IMG/VR virus record: IMGVR_UViG_3300028805_000101
Coordinates: 1-64,000 of that record
Length of the DNA stretch: 64,000 nucleotides
Strand: one strand, 5' to 3'
Source of the DNA: a virus
Lineage: Duplodnaviria; Caudoviricetes
The position numbers and the translations under genes are program-made. The notes beneath the pieces are model-generated. The model was given only the letters and a program-made list of their open reading frames with translations. It was not told the DNA's origin and made no database searches. Positions 1-9,043 of this stretch are shown in pieces. Each line of letters begins with the position of its first letter. Within the stretch, counting starts at the first letter, position 1.

Positions 1-141
1 GGCAAGTCCGAGTTCATTGTTTTCAAGGGCTGACATCACTTCTGCAAAAAATTCCTGACGGCCAGGATTGGGGTCATCCAACTGCCACGATTCAAAGTCA
101 TTGATAATCTTGAAAATTTTTTGTCCGGGTTTAAGTCCCAT
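1..141 (-). CDS. hypothetical protein, runs off the window edge (MGLKPGQKIF...)
   Basis: ATG at 141 with GAGG SD upstream; frame open to position 1. Confidence 0.6.
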   Translation of the reverse strand, partial: MGLKPGQKIFKIINDFESWQLDDPNPGRQEFFAEVMSALENNELGLA

Positions 142-214
142 AGTTATTACCTCTTGTTGTTAGTTGTAAATTTAAAAATTGTTTATTGGTTTGTCAATTT
201 AAAAGTATAAAAAA

Positions 215-460
215 TTACATTTCTTTATCAAAGTAGAAATTCACACCACGAATGTCAGTATAAGGAATTACTGTATCATTTACCGTAATGTCCTTCTTTC
301 CAACCTTCATGGATTTACGAGGGTTGAACTTAATATCTGCACCATTATAACGGTAAATCACAACATTGGGGTCACCCATAGTTCCCTTTTTTTCCTTGAT
401 TTCATCATAGAAGGCCTTCATAATGGTGGTGAACATATTTTTGGTAAAGTTCTTATTCAT
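215..460 (-). CDS. hypothetical protein
   Basis: ORF track; abuts the upstream ORF. Confidence 0.6.
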   Translation of the reverse strand: MNKNFTKNMFTTIMKAFYDEIKEKKGTMGDPNVVIYRYNGADIKFNPRKSMKVGKKDITVNDTVIPYTDIRGVNFYFDKEM

Positions 461-474
461 TGTCTTTATTTTCC

Positions 475-825
475 TTAGTAAATGTAGTTTTTGCCTTCCT
501 TGCGGATTTTGCCTTCTTCAATAGCGAGGCGAACCAACTGACCAGCGTATTTGCCAATGTTGAAACGAGGATTTGTCTGAAGGAAGTTAATTTGCTTCTC
601 AGTGAGAAAACCATTACGAATATGGAATTCGGCAAATTCACTCAGTTTCTTTGCATCCTGAGGTTTGAAACCAACAGCATTACGCCATTTAGTGTCCTTG
701 ATCTGTTTTTCATCCTTCGTCTGCAGGTCATACAACCGTCGGAGTGCCTTTACAGTTTGTTCAGATTTGGTGGTGATCTGGATTCGCATTTTTTCGTTGA
801 GAGAAGCGAGAGAGGTAAAATTCAT
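475..825 (-). CDS. conserved phage hypothetical protein (LYxxQTxDE...NxVGF...LTEKQ motif)
   Basis: ORF behind consensus promoter and GAGG SD; motif recalled from phage proteins. Confidence 0.7.
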   Translation of the reverse strand: MNFTSLASLNEKMRIQITTKSEQTVKALRRLYDLQTKDEKQIKDTKWRNAVGFKPQDAKKLSEFAEFHIRNGFLTEKQINFLQTNPRFNIGKYAGQLVRLAIEEGKIRKEGKNYIY

Positions 826-864
826 ATTAACCTCGTGGTTTGTTGTTGTTGTTTTCTAAGTTTA

Positions 865-893
865 AATATAGAAAATTATACAAACATTGTCAA
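865..893 (-). promoter_or_regulatory. sigma70-like early promoter TTGACA-N17-TATATT with downstream TAAACTTAG block
   Basis: exact hexamers, 17-nt spacer; TTTACAT 18 nt upstream of the -35. Confidence 0.8.
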
Positions 894-935
894 TGGTTTT
901 AATATAAACTTATGTAAAATTTTTTATACATAAAT

Positions 936-2343
936 GCGAAAAGATAGATACTACCTTTTAAGGTGGTATGTGAATTTTCGCTAAATAGCAATGTTTAAAA
1001 AATTAAAATTATAAATATAATATAGATTAGAATGTAGCAGATTCTAATATAAATAGATTTAAATGGTAGAAATACCTATTTTGTCCTATTTAGAACTGCT
1101 ACTTCTAAATAGGATTTTTTAATGAATAGAGTGTTTGAAATTAGATTATATCCTACAAAAGAACAACAAAAGTTGCTAAATTCAACTTTTGGTGCTTGTA
1201 GATTTGTATATAATAATGTTCTTTCTTTAAGACAATCTTATTTCAATGATTATAATTTTAAATCTACAGAATTAAATATTGAACAATTGCTAAAAGCATT
1301 TAATCCTTGGCTAAATAATGTAGAAGCTAAAGCATTACAACAATCTATAAGAGATTTGGATAAAGCATATTCAAATTGGTTTAATTCATTATCTCATAAA
1401 ACTAAACAGAAATCTAAAGCACCAAAATTTAAAAAGAAATCTGATAAACAATCTTATAGAACAGATCAAATGAGAAAAGATTTTTTTAAACTTTTAGATA
1501 TAGAAAATAGGAAAATAACTGTACCAAAAATAGGTAAAATTACTTATAGGTCCGGATATGATTTTTCTAAGTATAATATAACAAAAGTTTGTAATATAAC
1601 ATTAAAGAAATCTAAGACAAATAAGTATTTTTGTAGTATTTGTTGTGAATGTAATGAACCTGAAAAATTACCAGAAAATGAATATAAGATAGGATTTGAT
1701 TTGGGTCTTAAAGACTTTCTTATAGATTCTGACGGTATTGTAATAGATAATCCAAAATATTTCAGGAAATCGCTAGACAAACTTTTAAAAGCACAAATAA
1801 AACTAAGTCATTGTGTTAAAGGTTCAAATAATTATAAGAAACAAAAACTTAAAGTAGCTTTAATACATGAAAAAGTAAGAAATCAAAGAAAAGATTTTCA
1901 ACATAAAGTTTCTTCAAGAATTATACACGAAAACCAAGTTATAGTAAGTGAAGACTTAAAACCATCCAATATGGTCAAGAATCACAAACTTGCTAAAAGT
2001 ATTGCTGATGCATCATTTAGTTCATTCTGCAATATGATAGATTACAAATCTAAATGGTATGGAAGAACATATATCAAAGTAGGTTCATTTTATCCAAGTA
2101 GTAAGTTATGTCATTGTTGTGGATATAAAAACACAACATTAACTTTAGCTGATAGAGAATGGGAATGTCCTAATTGCCATACACTTTTAGATAGAGATAA
2201 AAATGCAGCATTGAATATATTGGATGAAGGTCTAAAGATTTTAAATAAAACAGGGCAGGAACTGTCCAAAGAGCCTATTGATACTGGTTCCAATAGGAAC
2301 CTTGAGTAGGAAGATTCCACCCTTCAGGGTGGAGTTAGTTCAC
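936..2343 (+). mobile_element. non-autonomous IS200/IS605 (IS1341-like) element carrying tnpB only
   Basis: left-end hairpin GCGAAAA(936-942)...TTTTCGC(975-981) with inner palindrome 948-969; right-end hairpin TCCACCC-TTCA-GGGTGGA (2316-2333) ending TTCAC at 2343; no tnpA. Confidence 0.85.
1122..2309 (+). CDS. tnpB: RNA-guided endonuclease TnpB
   Basis: N-terminal HTH (RLYPTKEQ...FGACRFVYN); RuvC motifs GFDLGLK, VSEDL, DRDKNAALNI; Zn finger CHCC/CPNC; all three catalytic acids present. Confidence 0.95.
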   Translation: MNRVFEIRLYPTKEQQKLLNSTFGACRFVYNNVLSLRQSYFNDYNFKSTELNIEQLLKAFNPWLNNVEAKALQQSIRDLDKAYSNWFNSLSHKTKQKSKAPKFKKKSDKQSYRTDQMRKDFFKLLDIENRKITVPKIGKITYRSGYDFSKYNITKVCNITLKKSKTNKYFCSICCECNEPEKLPENEYKIGFDLGLKDFLIDSDGIVIDNPKYFRKSLDKLLKAQIKLSHCVKGSNNYKKQKLKVALIHEKVRNQRKDFQHKVSSRIIHENQVIVSEDLKPSNMVKNHKLAKSIADASFSSFCNMIDYKSKWYGRTYIKVGSFYPSSKLCHCCGYKNTTLTLADREWECPNCHTLLDRDKNAALNILDEGLKILNKTGQELSKEPIDTGSNRNLE

Positions 2344-2363
2344 CAATTCTACTCCATAACCAT
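2190..2363 (+). ncRNA. predicted TnpB omega/reRNA: scaffold overlapping the tnpB 3' end plus a flank-derived guide from 2344
   Basis: established TnpB architecture; hairpins GGTTCC-AATA-GGAACC and 2316-2333; 5' boundary is approximate. Confidence 0.55.
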
Positions 2364-2556
2364 ATTTACCAGCAAAGAATTTACCTCGTCTTAGTGCTTC
2401 GTCTTTATCATCAAATTCCATAGCTGCCAATATATCTTGTGTGAATTCTGGTATCTCTATGCATCTATTTGATGTTGTTGATTCTTCAAGATATGAACAT
2501 TTAAAATAAGTTTTTCCATAAGGAAAATCAAACCAGATCACATACTTATTTGACAT
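2335..2556 (-). CDS. hypothetical protein; last two codons and stop are supplied by the IS right end
   Basis: ORF track; stop lies inside the element end. Confidence 0.65.
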   Translation of the reverse strand: MSNKYVIWFDFPYGKTYFKCSYLEESTTSNRCIEIPEFTQDILAAMEFDDKDEALRRGKFFAGKYGYGVELVN

Positions 2557-2872
2557 TCTTATTATCCTCTTTTAAGATCAATTCAATTTTATGTTTCATT
2601 TCGTTTAATCTATTTATCATCTTAATAATGCCATATTTTCTGCTATAACCATAGTAAGTTATCCACCACGGTTCTGTGTCTGAAAAATGATAAACATTAT
2701 TTGAACTACAATCTGATATAGTCCACAAAAAAGGAAATAAATCCTCAATCTTAGTAATTTCTATTTTTTCATTGTTAAGATATATTGTATCTCGTTCAGT
2801 ATCAAATTTTTCTAGCATTGTGCCAAACGAGTATTTACCAAGATCACTGAACAGTTTTAAATCAAATACCAT
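2546..2872 (-). CDS. hypothetical protein
   Basis: ORF track. Confidence 0.6.
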   Translation of the reverse strand: MVFDLKLFSDLGKYSFGTMLEKFDTERDTIYLNNEKIEITKIEDLFPFLWTISDCSSNNVYHFSDTEPWWITYYGYSRKYGIIKMINRLNEMKHKIELILKEDNKNVK

Positions 2873-2926
2873 AAAACCAAATATAACAATTCAGTTATAT
2901 CTGACAATACATCTGTAAAATATTAT

Positions 2927-3745
2927 TTACACACCTAGAACTTTATTGAAAACTTGATAATTTGTGTCATCCTTTCCACAGTATACTGCGAACTCAATGG
3001 TCTTGAAAGTGTACTTGAATTTTTCAATGACCTGTTTATACGCCATAGCAACCACTTCAGGTGGATTTCTGAACGCACCACATCCAAATGCACCCAGCAC
3101 AAGATTTTCGTTTCCTGTTAAAGCACTGACGTTCAGTATGCGTTCTGCACGTTGTTCATGCAATTTATGCAACTCATCATTAGAAATCTTGATTCCTTCT
3201 CCATTTTCGTGATTGTATGCATTAGCAGGTGTTTCTCTCAAATTTGGAGCTGCACATGTAATTACATTTACTTTATGGTGCTGGAATAGGTTATTATATG
3301 AATCCGACTTAATGATTACTACATCTGGAGTATAGATTATATCATCATTGTGCAGTGGTGTTCCATGTTCTTTATGAGGAGTATAAAACTTTTCCTTACA
3401 ATAAGGTGTATTTAAGTTTAGATACAATGTTGAACATCTACACAAGCATTCTTCCTGAGCACTGGAACCTTTATCAACACCTCCACCAGGATTAGTAGCA
3501 GATGCAAAATTCAATACACAGACATTCTTATATTTTCTTGCTGCATTGAACGAACTATTCTTTGATACTATGATGTTGGCAGGTTCTGTAAACCTATTCA
3601 ACTCAATAGGCGGTAATGTTGTACTTGATGCCAAGAAAAACTGTTTATCAGTTGAATTTTTAACTGCCTTTTGTAATTGTTTGGATTTAGATATTTGCAG
3701 AAGCGTGTCTTTAAATATCTTTATGTTGTTTTCTTTATTGTTCAT
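2927..3745 (-). CDS. TIGR02452-like microbial PARG / macrodomain-type ADP-ribose glycohydrolase
   Basis: LNFASATNPGGG-x6-AQEECLCR signature; LVLGAFGCGAFRNPP; start re-called at MNNK. Confidence 0.9.
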   Translation of the reverse strand: MNNKENNIKIFKDTLLQISKSKQLQKAVKNSTDKQFFLASSTTLPPIELNRFTEPANIIVSKNSSFNAARKYKNVCVLNFASATNPGGGVDKGSSAQEECLCRCSTLYLNLNTPYCKEKFYTPHKEHGTPLHNDDIIYTPDVVIIKSDSYNNLFQHHKVNVITCAAPNLRETPANAYNHENGEGIKISNDELHKLHEQRAERILNVSALTGNENLVLGAFGCGAFRNPPEVVAMAYKQVIEKFKYTFKTIEFAVYCGKDDTNYQVFNKVLGV

Positions 3746-4452
3746 TACCAACTCTCGCAATATAAGATTTTTTGACCTGGAACCCATTCTTCTAGTAATT
3801 TTTTAAATCTTGGTAGATATACGTCAACTATTGATGTAAAATAGTCTCTATTATATTCCGTTGAACCAAAAAAGAACCTTCCCAATGTAGGTAAATTTTT
3901 ATCACATAAATCTTTTAGTTCATTTATTGCTGTCGCAAATTCATTACTCATTCTAGTTTTCCAGTTCTTTGGAAGAAAATTCTTTATAGTAGTCATTCTT
4001 TTAACTAGATTTTTTATGTCATTCTTATTCAGTATTGCTTCGCCATTTTTCAATATCTTTCCATAACTAGAATCAATCAATAATTCTGGATGTCGAGTTT
4101 CAACAAATTTAACCATCCAGTTCTGTTTTCTCATGTATAATTTTGATAATTGTGAATCATAATTTATATTAGCACATTTTCTAAGTTCCATAATTTCTTT
4201 TTGTAGATTATCTCGTTTAAATAGTTCATCTGATGTATAGAAATCAGGTTTTGGTGCTTTATCCCAATCTACGTTTTGTTTACTTGAATTTTTTGAATAC
4301 CATTTCTGATATTTCTTTTCAAAAGCTTTAATTTGTTTAAAATACTTTGTATCCAATGAAGAATTAAATTCTTCCATTTCATTTCTTTTTTCTAGATATT
4401 TTTTGTATATCTTAGTATCAGTAATCTTATAGAAATATATGTCTAATCCCAT
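3745..4452 (-). CDS. conserved phage hypothetical protein (MGLD...RK...FFFGSTEY...Y..SW)
   Basis: ORF; motif recalled from widespread phage proteins. Confidence 0.7.
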   Translation of the reverse strand: MGLDIYFYKITDTKIYKKYLEKRNEMEEFNSSLDTKYFKQIKAFEKKYQKWYSKNSSKQNVDWDKAPKPDFYTSDELFKRDNLQKEIMELRKCANINYDSQLSKLYMRKQNWMVKFVETRHPELLIDSSYGKILKNGEAILNKNDIKNLVKRMTTIKNFLPKNWKTRMSNEFATAINELKDLCDKNLPTLGRFFFGSTEYNRDYFTSIVDVYLPRFKKLLEEWVPGQKILYCESW

Positions 4453-5165
4453 TATTTTTCCTTTGCTTTTCTAAAACTTGTTTTCTTATCAAAACCGTAT
4501 GCTTGTAGTCTAGTAATATCATCACCAACAGGAACTATTGCTTCATCTGGTCTCGCATGTGTATCATACCAGTGTTCCAATTCCCATAATGCTGTAAATG
4601 GATCTTTCACTTGTTGAAAACCATAGTCCTTTAAACAAGGAAATAATTGTGCTTTATAAGTTTCGTATTGAGTATTCTTATGCCATTTGTTAATGCCACA
4701 GTATTCTGGAATGACAATTACAGGACCATATTTCTCAAATATGTCTGTAGTCCATTCTTTTATTTTGTTTGGGTCATTTAGAACATATATTCCTTCAGAC
4801 TTCATCCAAGCAAAACACTTTGTGTTGTCATGATAATTTTTCAAAAATTCATCGTAAGACACATAATTATGAGTCGAGACTGTTTTTAATGAATCATCTA
4901 CAATATCTGCTTTAACCCAATGAAAAAACCACGTACCACAAAAACCAATTAGAGTAATGTCATGTCCTATTGTGGTCTTTATATTATGGTCAACTATTTC
5001 TCGCTTGTCCATTTTCCATTGTGGAATTTTATTATAGCACAATAAAGGAAATTCAATTCTTCCAATATCAATTTCTTTTTCTTGCCTATGTATTACTACA
5101 TCAGATTCCATAAATGAACCTAATGCTGAATCATAATAGTCTTGATATTTAGAAAAAATCTTCAT
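4452..5165 (-). CDS. conserved phage hypothetical protein (KYQDYYD...GFDKKTSFRK)
   Basis: ORF; start re-called at MKIFSK. Confidence 0.7.
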   Translation of the reverse strand: MKIFSKYQDYYDSALGSFMESDVVIHRQEKEIDIGRIEFPLLCYNKIPQWKMDKREIVDHNIKTTIGHDITLIGFCGTWFFHWVKADIVDDSLKTVSTHNYVSYDEFLKNYHDNTKCFAWMKSEGIYVLNDPNKIKEWTTDIFEKYGPVIVIPEYCGINKWHKNTQYETYKAQLFPCLKDYGFQQVKDPFTALWELEHWYDTHARPDEAIVPVGDDITRLQAYGFDKKTSFRKAKEK

Positions 5166-5391
5166 TCTTTTTATACCTTTTATATCCAATGGCTAATAGA
5201 CAGCTAAGACTGATGTACATAAAAAACACGAAATTCCATACTTGCAAAATTCTAACTGCTGACCATGATGGTAGAAACAAGAAAATATAGTTTATTATAC
5301 CGATAATAAAATAGAAATACAAATCTTTTTTCAGTTTTCGCTCTGAATATTCCGAGAGTTCTAAAATCTTTTTTAGTATCTTATTATACAT
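5149..5391 (-). CDS. small membrane protein (2 TM)
   Basis: two hydrophobic stretches. Confidence 0.6.
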   Translation of the reverse strand: MYNKILKKILELSEYSERKLKKDLYFYFIIGIINYIFLFLPSWSAVRILQVWNFVFFMYISLSCLLAIGYKRYKKNEDFF

Positions 5392-5400
5392 TGTAATTCA

Positions 5401-5429
5401 ATTATACAAAAATGGCTGACTTTCGTCAA
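5401..5429 (-). promoter_or_regulatory. sigma70-like promoter TTGACG-N17-TATAAT
   Basis: near-consensus hexamers. Confidence 0.7.
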
Positions 5430-5454
5430 CCATTCTTTTATCTATGTCAGACTA

Positions 5455-5700
5455 TTATACCTTACGTTTCAACAATGCAATACGTACCGCAAGGATATTA
5501 CGATAGGTTTCCATTGCATTGTGTTGGTCAATCATAAGGTTAATTTGTTCCTCACCGACCTTCTTGACAAACTTTTGATCTTGTTCAAGGAAAGCATGCA
5601 ACTTTTCATAGCGGTCTGCTACCTCTGCAAATTCAGCTTCAAGTCTTGCAATGACTTCAGTGTTGTCGGAAACCTTAGGTGTGTTCTTTTCTTTTGCCAT
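5455..5700 (-). CDS. small helical-hairpin phage protein
   Basis: EFAEVADRYEKLHAFL...QHNAMETYRNILAVRI pattern. Confidence 0.6.
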   Translation of the reverse strand: MAKEKNTPKVSDNTEVIARLEAEFAEVADRYEKLHAFLEQDQKFVKKVGEEQINLMIDQHNAMETYRNILAVRIALLKRKV

Positions 5701-5705
5701 AGTTT

Positions 5706-5945
5706 TTATCTCCTATTTATGGTTTGTTTGTTAAATTCATCCATCAGCAATACATATTTTGCTGCCAATAAATCAATTTGTTTTTCTAAAGGTTCTTTCT
5801 TGACTGTTAATGTCAATTCATCAAAAGTCTTAAACTTTTCGTGATTGATCTTATTATAAATTTCATCATAATGTTCTTTCAAGGTATTGAACCTACCAAC
5901 TAAAACATCGTGATATTCTTCACCTACACTATTAGCCATAATCAA
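5706..5945 (-). CDS. hypothetical coiled-coil protein
   Basis: ORF track. Confidence 0.55.
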   Translation of the reverse strand: MIMANSVGEEYHDVLVGRFNTLKEHYDEIYNKINHEKFKTFDELTLTVKKEPLEKQIDLLAAKYVLLMDEFNKQTINRR

Positions 5946-6370
5946 ACATTCTTAATTACAATTTCATTTTCATAGTCTTCAAATCTGGCTTTCATCTTCT
6001 CAATGACTTCTTCAGGTACATTGTGAACATTCTTAAATTCATTTCCCATACGATATACAACAATTTCAAGATTTCTGTTTTTAGCCTCATTGATATAAGG
6101 ATTTAATTCTTTCATTGTAGTAAATGTATTGGAGACGATTACAGTATCACAGCCTTTAGTGAAAGCATTGAATGTTCTATCAAAACACCACTGATGTGCC
6201 ATTGGTAGTCTCTTCAAGTCAATCTTATACTGACCATCTTTCATCCAATAATCGTCAGCCTCAAATCTAGCAACATCATGACCTTCTTCCCAAAGATCTT
6301 TCCTAAGAATTTCTGCATAAGTAGACTTTCCAGATCCTGGAATACCACGAATGATATAAAGTTTAGCCAT
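5942..6370 (-). CDS. P-loop kinase (AAA_33 / polynucleotide kinase-like)
   Basis: Walker A RGIPGSGKST; EADDY; IVSNTF; HNVP lid motif. Confidence 0.85.
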   Translation of the reverse strand: MAKLYIIRGIPGSGKSTYAEILRKDLWEEGHDVARFEADDYWMKDGQYKIDLKRLPMAHQWCFDRTFNAFTKGCDTVIVSNTFTTMKELNPYINEAKNRNLEIVVYRMGNEFKNVHNVPEEVIEKMKARFEDYENEIVIKNV

Positions 6371-6989
6371 TTAATTCTCCTGATATATTTACGAGTTCTT
6401 TATAGTTTGCTGGTCTATACCAAGCTTCCCAACAAACATTGTTTTGCTTCATTTTACATGTAGGAGCAAAATCTACAATAGAAATCTTATTTTCTTCATG
6501 AGTATGACCATGAACTAGAACATTCATACTATAATCTGTATCATTTACCTTCAATACAGGATTAGTCAATTTGACTTCATTAAAATCATTATGCTGACAA
6601 ATATAATGTCTGTTGCGATAATCAAACACAAAACCATCAGCCCATAATATATTATCTTTTGTAACTTTTGAAAGAATGTGGTCATGATTTCCACGTATGA
6701 AATGTTTTTCGCCATTTAGATTATCCACAACCATATAAAAATATTCAGGAACATCTTTAACCTTTGTACTCATTACAAAATCACCCATGAAAATCACTAC
6801 ATCATCTTTCTTGATGGTTTCATTCCACTTAAAAACAATGTCGGAATTCATTTCATCTACAGTAGCATATTTTCTACATCTTTCAAAATGTTCAGGACAA
6901 CTCGTCACCAATTTCCGATGATTGAAATGTGTATCAGACACAAACCATAGATTCTTATGTTCATCAATGTTTAAAGTTTCAAAATTCAT
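6363..6989 (-). CDS. calcineurin-like metallophosphoesterase
   Basis: DTH, GD, GNHD, H, HGHTH motifs. Confidence 0.9.
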   Translation of the reverse strand: MNFETLNIDEHKNLWFVSDTHFNHRKLVTSCPEHFERCRKYATVDEMNSDIVFKWNETIKKDDVVIFMGDFVMSTKVKDVPEYFYMVVDNLNGEKHFIRGNHDHILSKVTKDNILWADGFVFDYRNRHYICQHNDFNEVKLTNPVLKVNDTDYSMNVLVHGHTHEENKISIVDFAPTCKMKQNNVCWEAWYRPANYKELVNISGELNG

Positions 6990-7047
6990 ATAGACAAATA
7001 TAGTAAATTTTATGTGTCAATCTTTTAATAAGATTGTAAAATTTTAA

Positions 7048-7320
7048 TTACATTTCAATTTCCTGAATAAGATATTCCAATTTAAGATATACCCATGAAT
7101 CTTTAATACGTTTATCAAAGAAATCATCGTGAGAATATTCTATATCACCACGTTCAATTCCTTCTTCTAATGTAAACTTATATTCGCTCTTTTTTAAAAT
7201 TTTTCTGAATGCGTCTGTTGAAAATTTAACAGCATCTTCATAAATATCTTTAATGGCTTCAATTGTAGTTACACCTGAAAATCCATCATTTCTAGTAAAG
7301 ATCACTGCATATTGTTTCAT
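7048..7320 (-). CDS. hypothetical protein
   Basis: ORF track. Confidence 0.6.
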   Translation of the reverse strand: MKQYAVIFTRNDGFSGVTTIEAIKDIYEDAVKFSTDAFRKILKKSEYKFTLEEGIERGDIEYSHDDFFDKRIKDSWVYLKLEYLIQEIEM

Positions 7321-7322
7321 AG

Positions 7323-7607
7323 TTATTCTTCCTTATTTTGATATGATAAATTGTGTCGGTTATCAAATCGTTCTTTAAACTTATATTCGTTTATAAGAAC
7401 ATCTTTTGTACATTCTTTAATTGGTATAGTTTTTACTTTTGGAAAAATGGAATTTTTGTCATCAATTGTTACGGTTTCATCTTTAAAATTATATGTAATC
7501 TTAGAGCCATTATTAAATGTACAGCATTCCATATTGACTGATTTAATGTCTGCTAAAACTCCTTCAACATTTCTAAATCTCCAAATCATAAAAACATCTA
7601 AATTCAT
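7323..7607 (-). CDS. hypothetical protein
   Basis: start re-called at MNLDVF (ATGA overlap with upstream ORF). Confidence 0.6.
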   Translation of the reverse strand: MNLDVFMIWRFRNVEGVLADIKSVNMECCTFNNGSKITYNFKDETVTIDDKNSIFPKVKTIPIKECTKDVLINEYKFKERFDNRHNLSYQNKEE

Positions 7608-7822
7608 GGCTGTATAGTCTCCAAAAATTCTTCTACTTTTATTTTCGTTGCCATAGAACATTGTTCTGGCATACTCTGCAATACTTTCATTTTCCAAGTA
7701 TCAAAATCAGATATGGTGTTTTCATCTTTAATAGCAGATTTAATTTCTTCTAATAAAGACTGAAAATCATATTCTATATCTTCCACTCTATCTAACAAAT
7801 CATCTTTATCTCTATTAGTCAT
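7604..7822 (-). CDS. hypothetical protein
   Basis: ORF track; coupled overlaps on both sides. Confidence 0.6.
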   Translation of the reverse strand: MTNRDKDDLLDRVEDIEYDFQSLLEEIKSAIKDENTISDFDTWKMKVLQSMPEQCSMATKIKVEEFLETIQP

Positions 7823-8234
7823 AATTATCCTTTTTATTATTTAGTTCGTTTACTTTCTTCTTTATTTCTTTATGGTTTTCAATACCTTCAATCAGATATT
7901 TCTCAAATCGTTCTACGCTTGATGCTCTATGGCTTGACCAAGGTTCAATATAGAAACAGCCAAATGTACCATCTCTATTATAGTTTTCAGCTATATATGG
8001 TGATTCATAAAGCATTACAACACATTGACCTAACTTATTCTCCATAATATCAATCAATGGGTGGTTATTTGCTGAAATTTTATCTATTCCAAAAGATTTA
8101 ACAGATGAAAATGTTTCATTTGGCAAATCATCAAAATCTCCATATTCAGCACCAAAACAGCCTTCAATAAGATTATATTTCTTTGCTAATTCAATAGCAA
8201 AACCTTTATTCAATGGTGTAAATTTACCTTTCAT
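7815..8234 (-). CDS. hypothetical protein
   Basis: ORF track. Confidence 0.6.
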   Translation of the reverse strand: MKGKFTPLNKGFAIELAKKYNLIEGCFGAEYGDFDDLPNETFSSVKSFGIDKISANNHPLIDIMENKLGQCVVMLYESPYIAENYNRDGTFGCFYIEPWSSHRASSVERFEKYLIEGIENHKEIKKKVNELNNKKDNYD

Positions 8235-8245
8235 ACAAGTTTTCC

Positions 8246-8704
8246 TTATACGTACTTATTATAGTATTCATTTTTAATTACAGCATCTACTTCTTTTTGA
8301 ATGTTTGCTGAATTACCATTCAAACAATTGCATACACCAATTGTTCCACCTAAGGGACTCCAAAAAATCAAATCATACTTATCAAAATCCATACAATTAT
8401 TCCATCTTATACAAGCAGATTCGGAAATTCCAAGTTCATCTCGTGGATGTACAAATTCTACAGCATCAACCAAGCACAATTCAAATAAATGAGGATTCTT
8501 CGGATTTGCATCAGTAATTCCTTCAATTAATGTTGTTTTAATGATTTCATCACGATAATAGACATATAGTGTAGGTACATGAAAATCCAACGCAAGTTTA
8601 TTTTCTTTACGCCAGTTTTGGATGGCATTACGAATTTCTGCACCAAGCATTGCTGTTACACAATTAACTTCTTTCTTTCCATTATAAATGTACTTTGATT
8701 TCAT
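8246..8704 (-). CDS. hypothetical protein
   Basis: ORF track. Confidence 0.6.
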   Translation of the reverse strand: MKSKYIYNGKKEVNCVTAMLGAEIRNAIQNWRKENKLALDFHVPTLYVYYRDEIIKTTLIEGITDANPKNPHLFELCLVDAVEFVHPRDELGISESACIRWNNCMDFDKYDLIFWSPLGGTIGVCNCLNGNSANIQKEVDAVIKNEYYNKYV

Positions 8705-9043
8705 TTAAATCTCCACAAAATCATTATTGATATTTTTAAGTTTTTCTTTAATCTTAATTTCCTTCAATCTCATAGCGATATTTTTTATTCTTCTATCTAT
8801 TTCAGCATCATTTGTAAAAGGCACAAACATATTAGGTTCCCATCCTCTAGCCGTTCTATTCAATTTGTTTAAAACAACATAGTTATCATCTATATTGTAA
8901 GCAATATATACACCTTCATTATCATTAGTTGATAGCAAATATGTATTATGGTCATCTCTTACACAAATAGTTAAAGCATCCAACAATAATAAATTCCAAA
9001 GTCCATTATCAATAATACATTTTTTTAATTCAGATTTCAACAT
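8705..9043 (-). CDS. DF-tail family small protein
   Basis: C-terminus KIKEKLKNINNDFVEI. Confidence 0.65.
   Translation of the reverse strand: MLKSELKKCIIDNGLWNLLLLDALTICVRDDHNTYLLSTNDNEGVYIAYNIDDNYVVLNKLNRTARGWEPNMFVPFTNDAEIDRRIKNIAMRLKEIKIKEKLKNINNDFVEI

Noticed and set aside
6997-7020. Consensus early promoter upstream of 6989 (and similarly at 40874-40895)
   Set aside because: TTGACA and TATATT are only 12 (or 10) nt apart, so they do not fit the 17-nt class; not called.
7323-7822. Apparent frameshift joining 7604..7822 and 7323..7697
   Set aside because: Resolved by re-calling the downstream start at 7607 (ATGA overlap); these are two normal genes.
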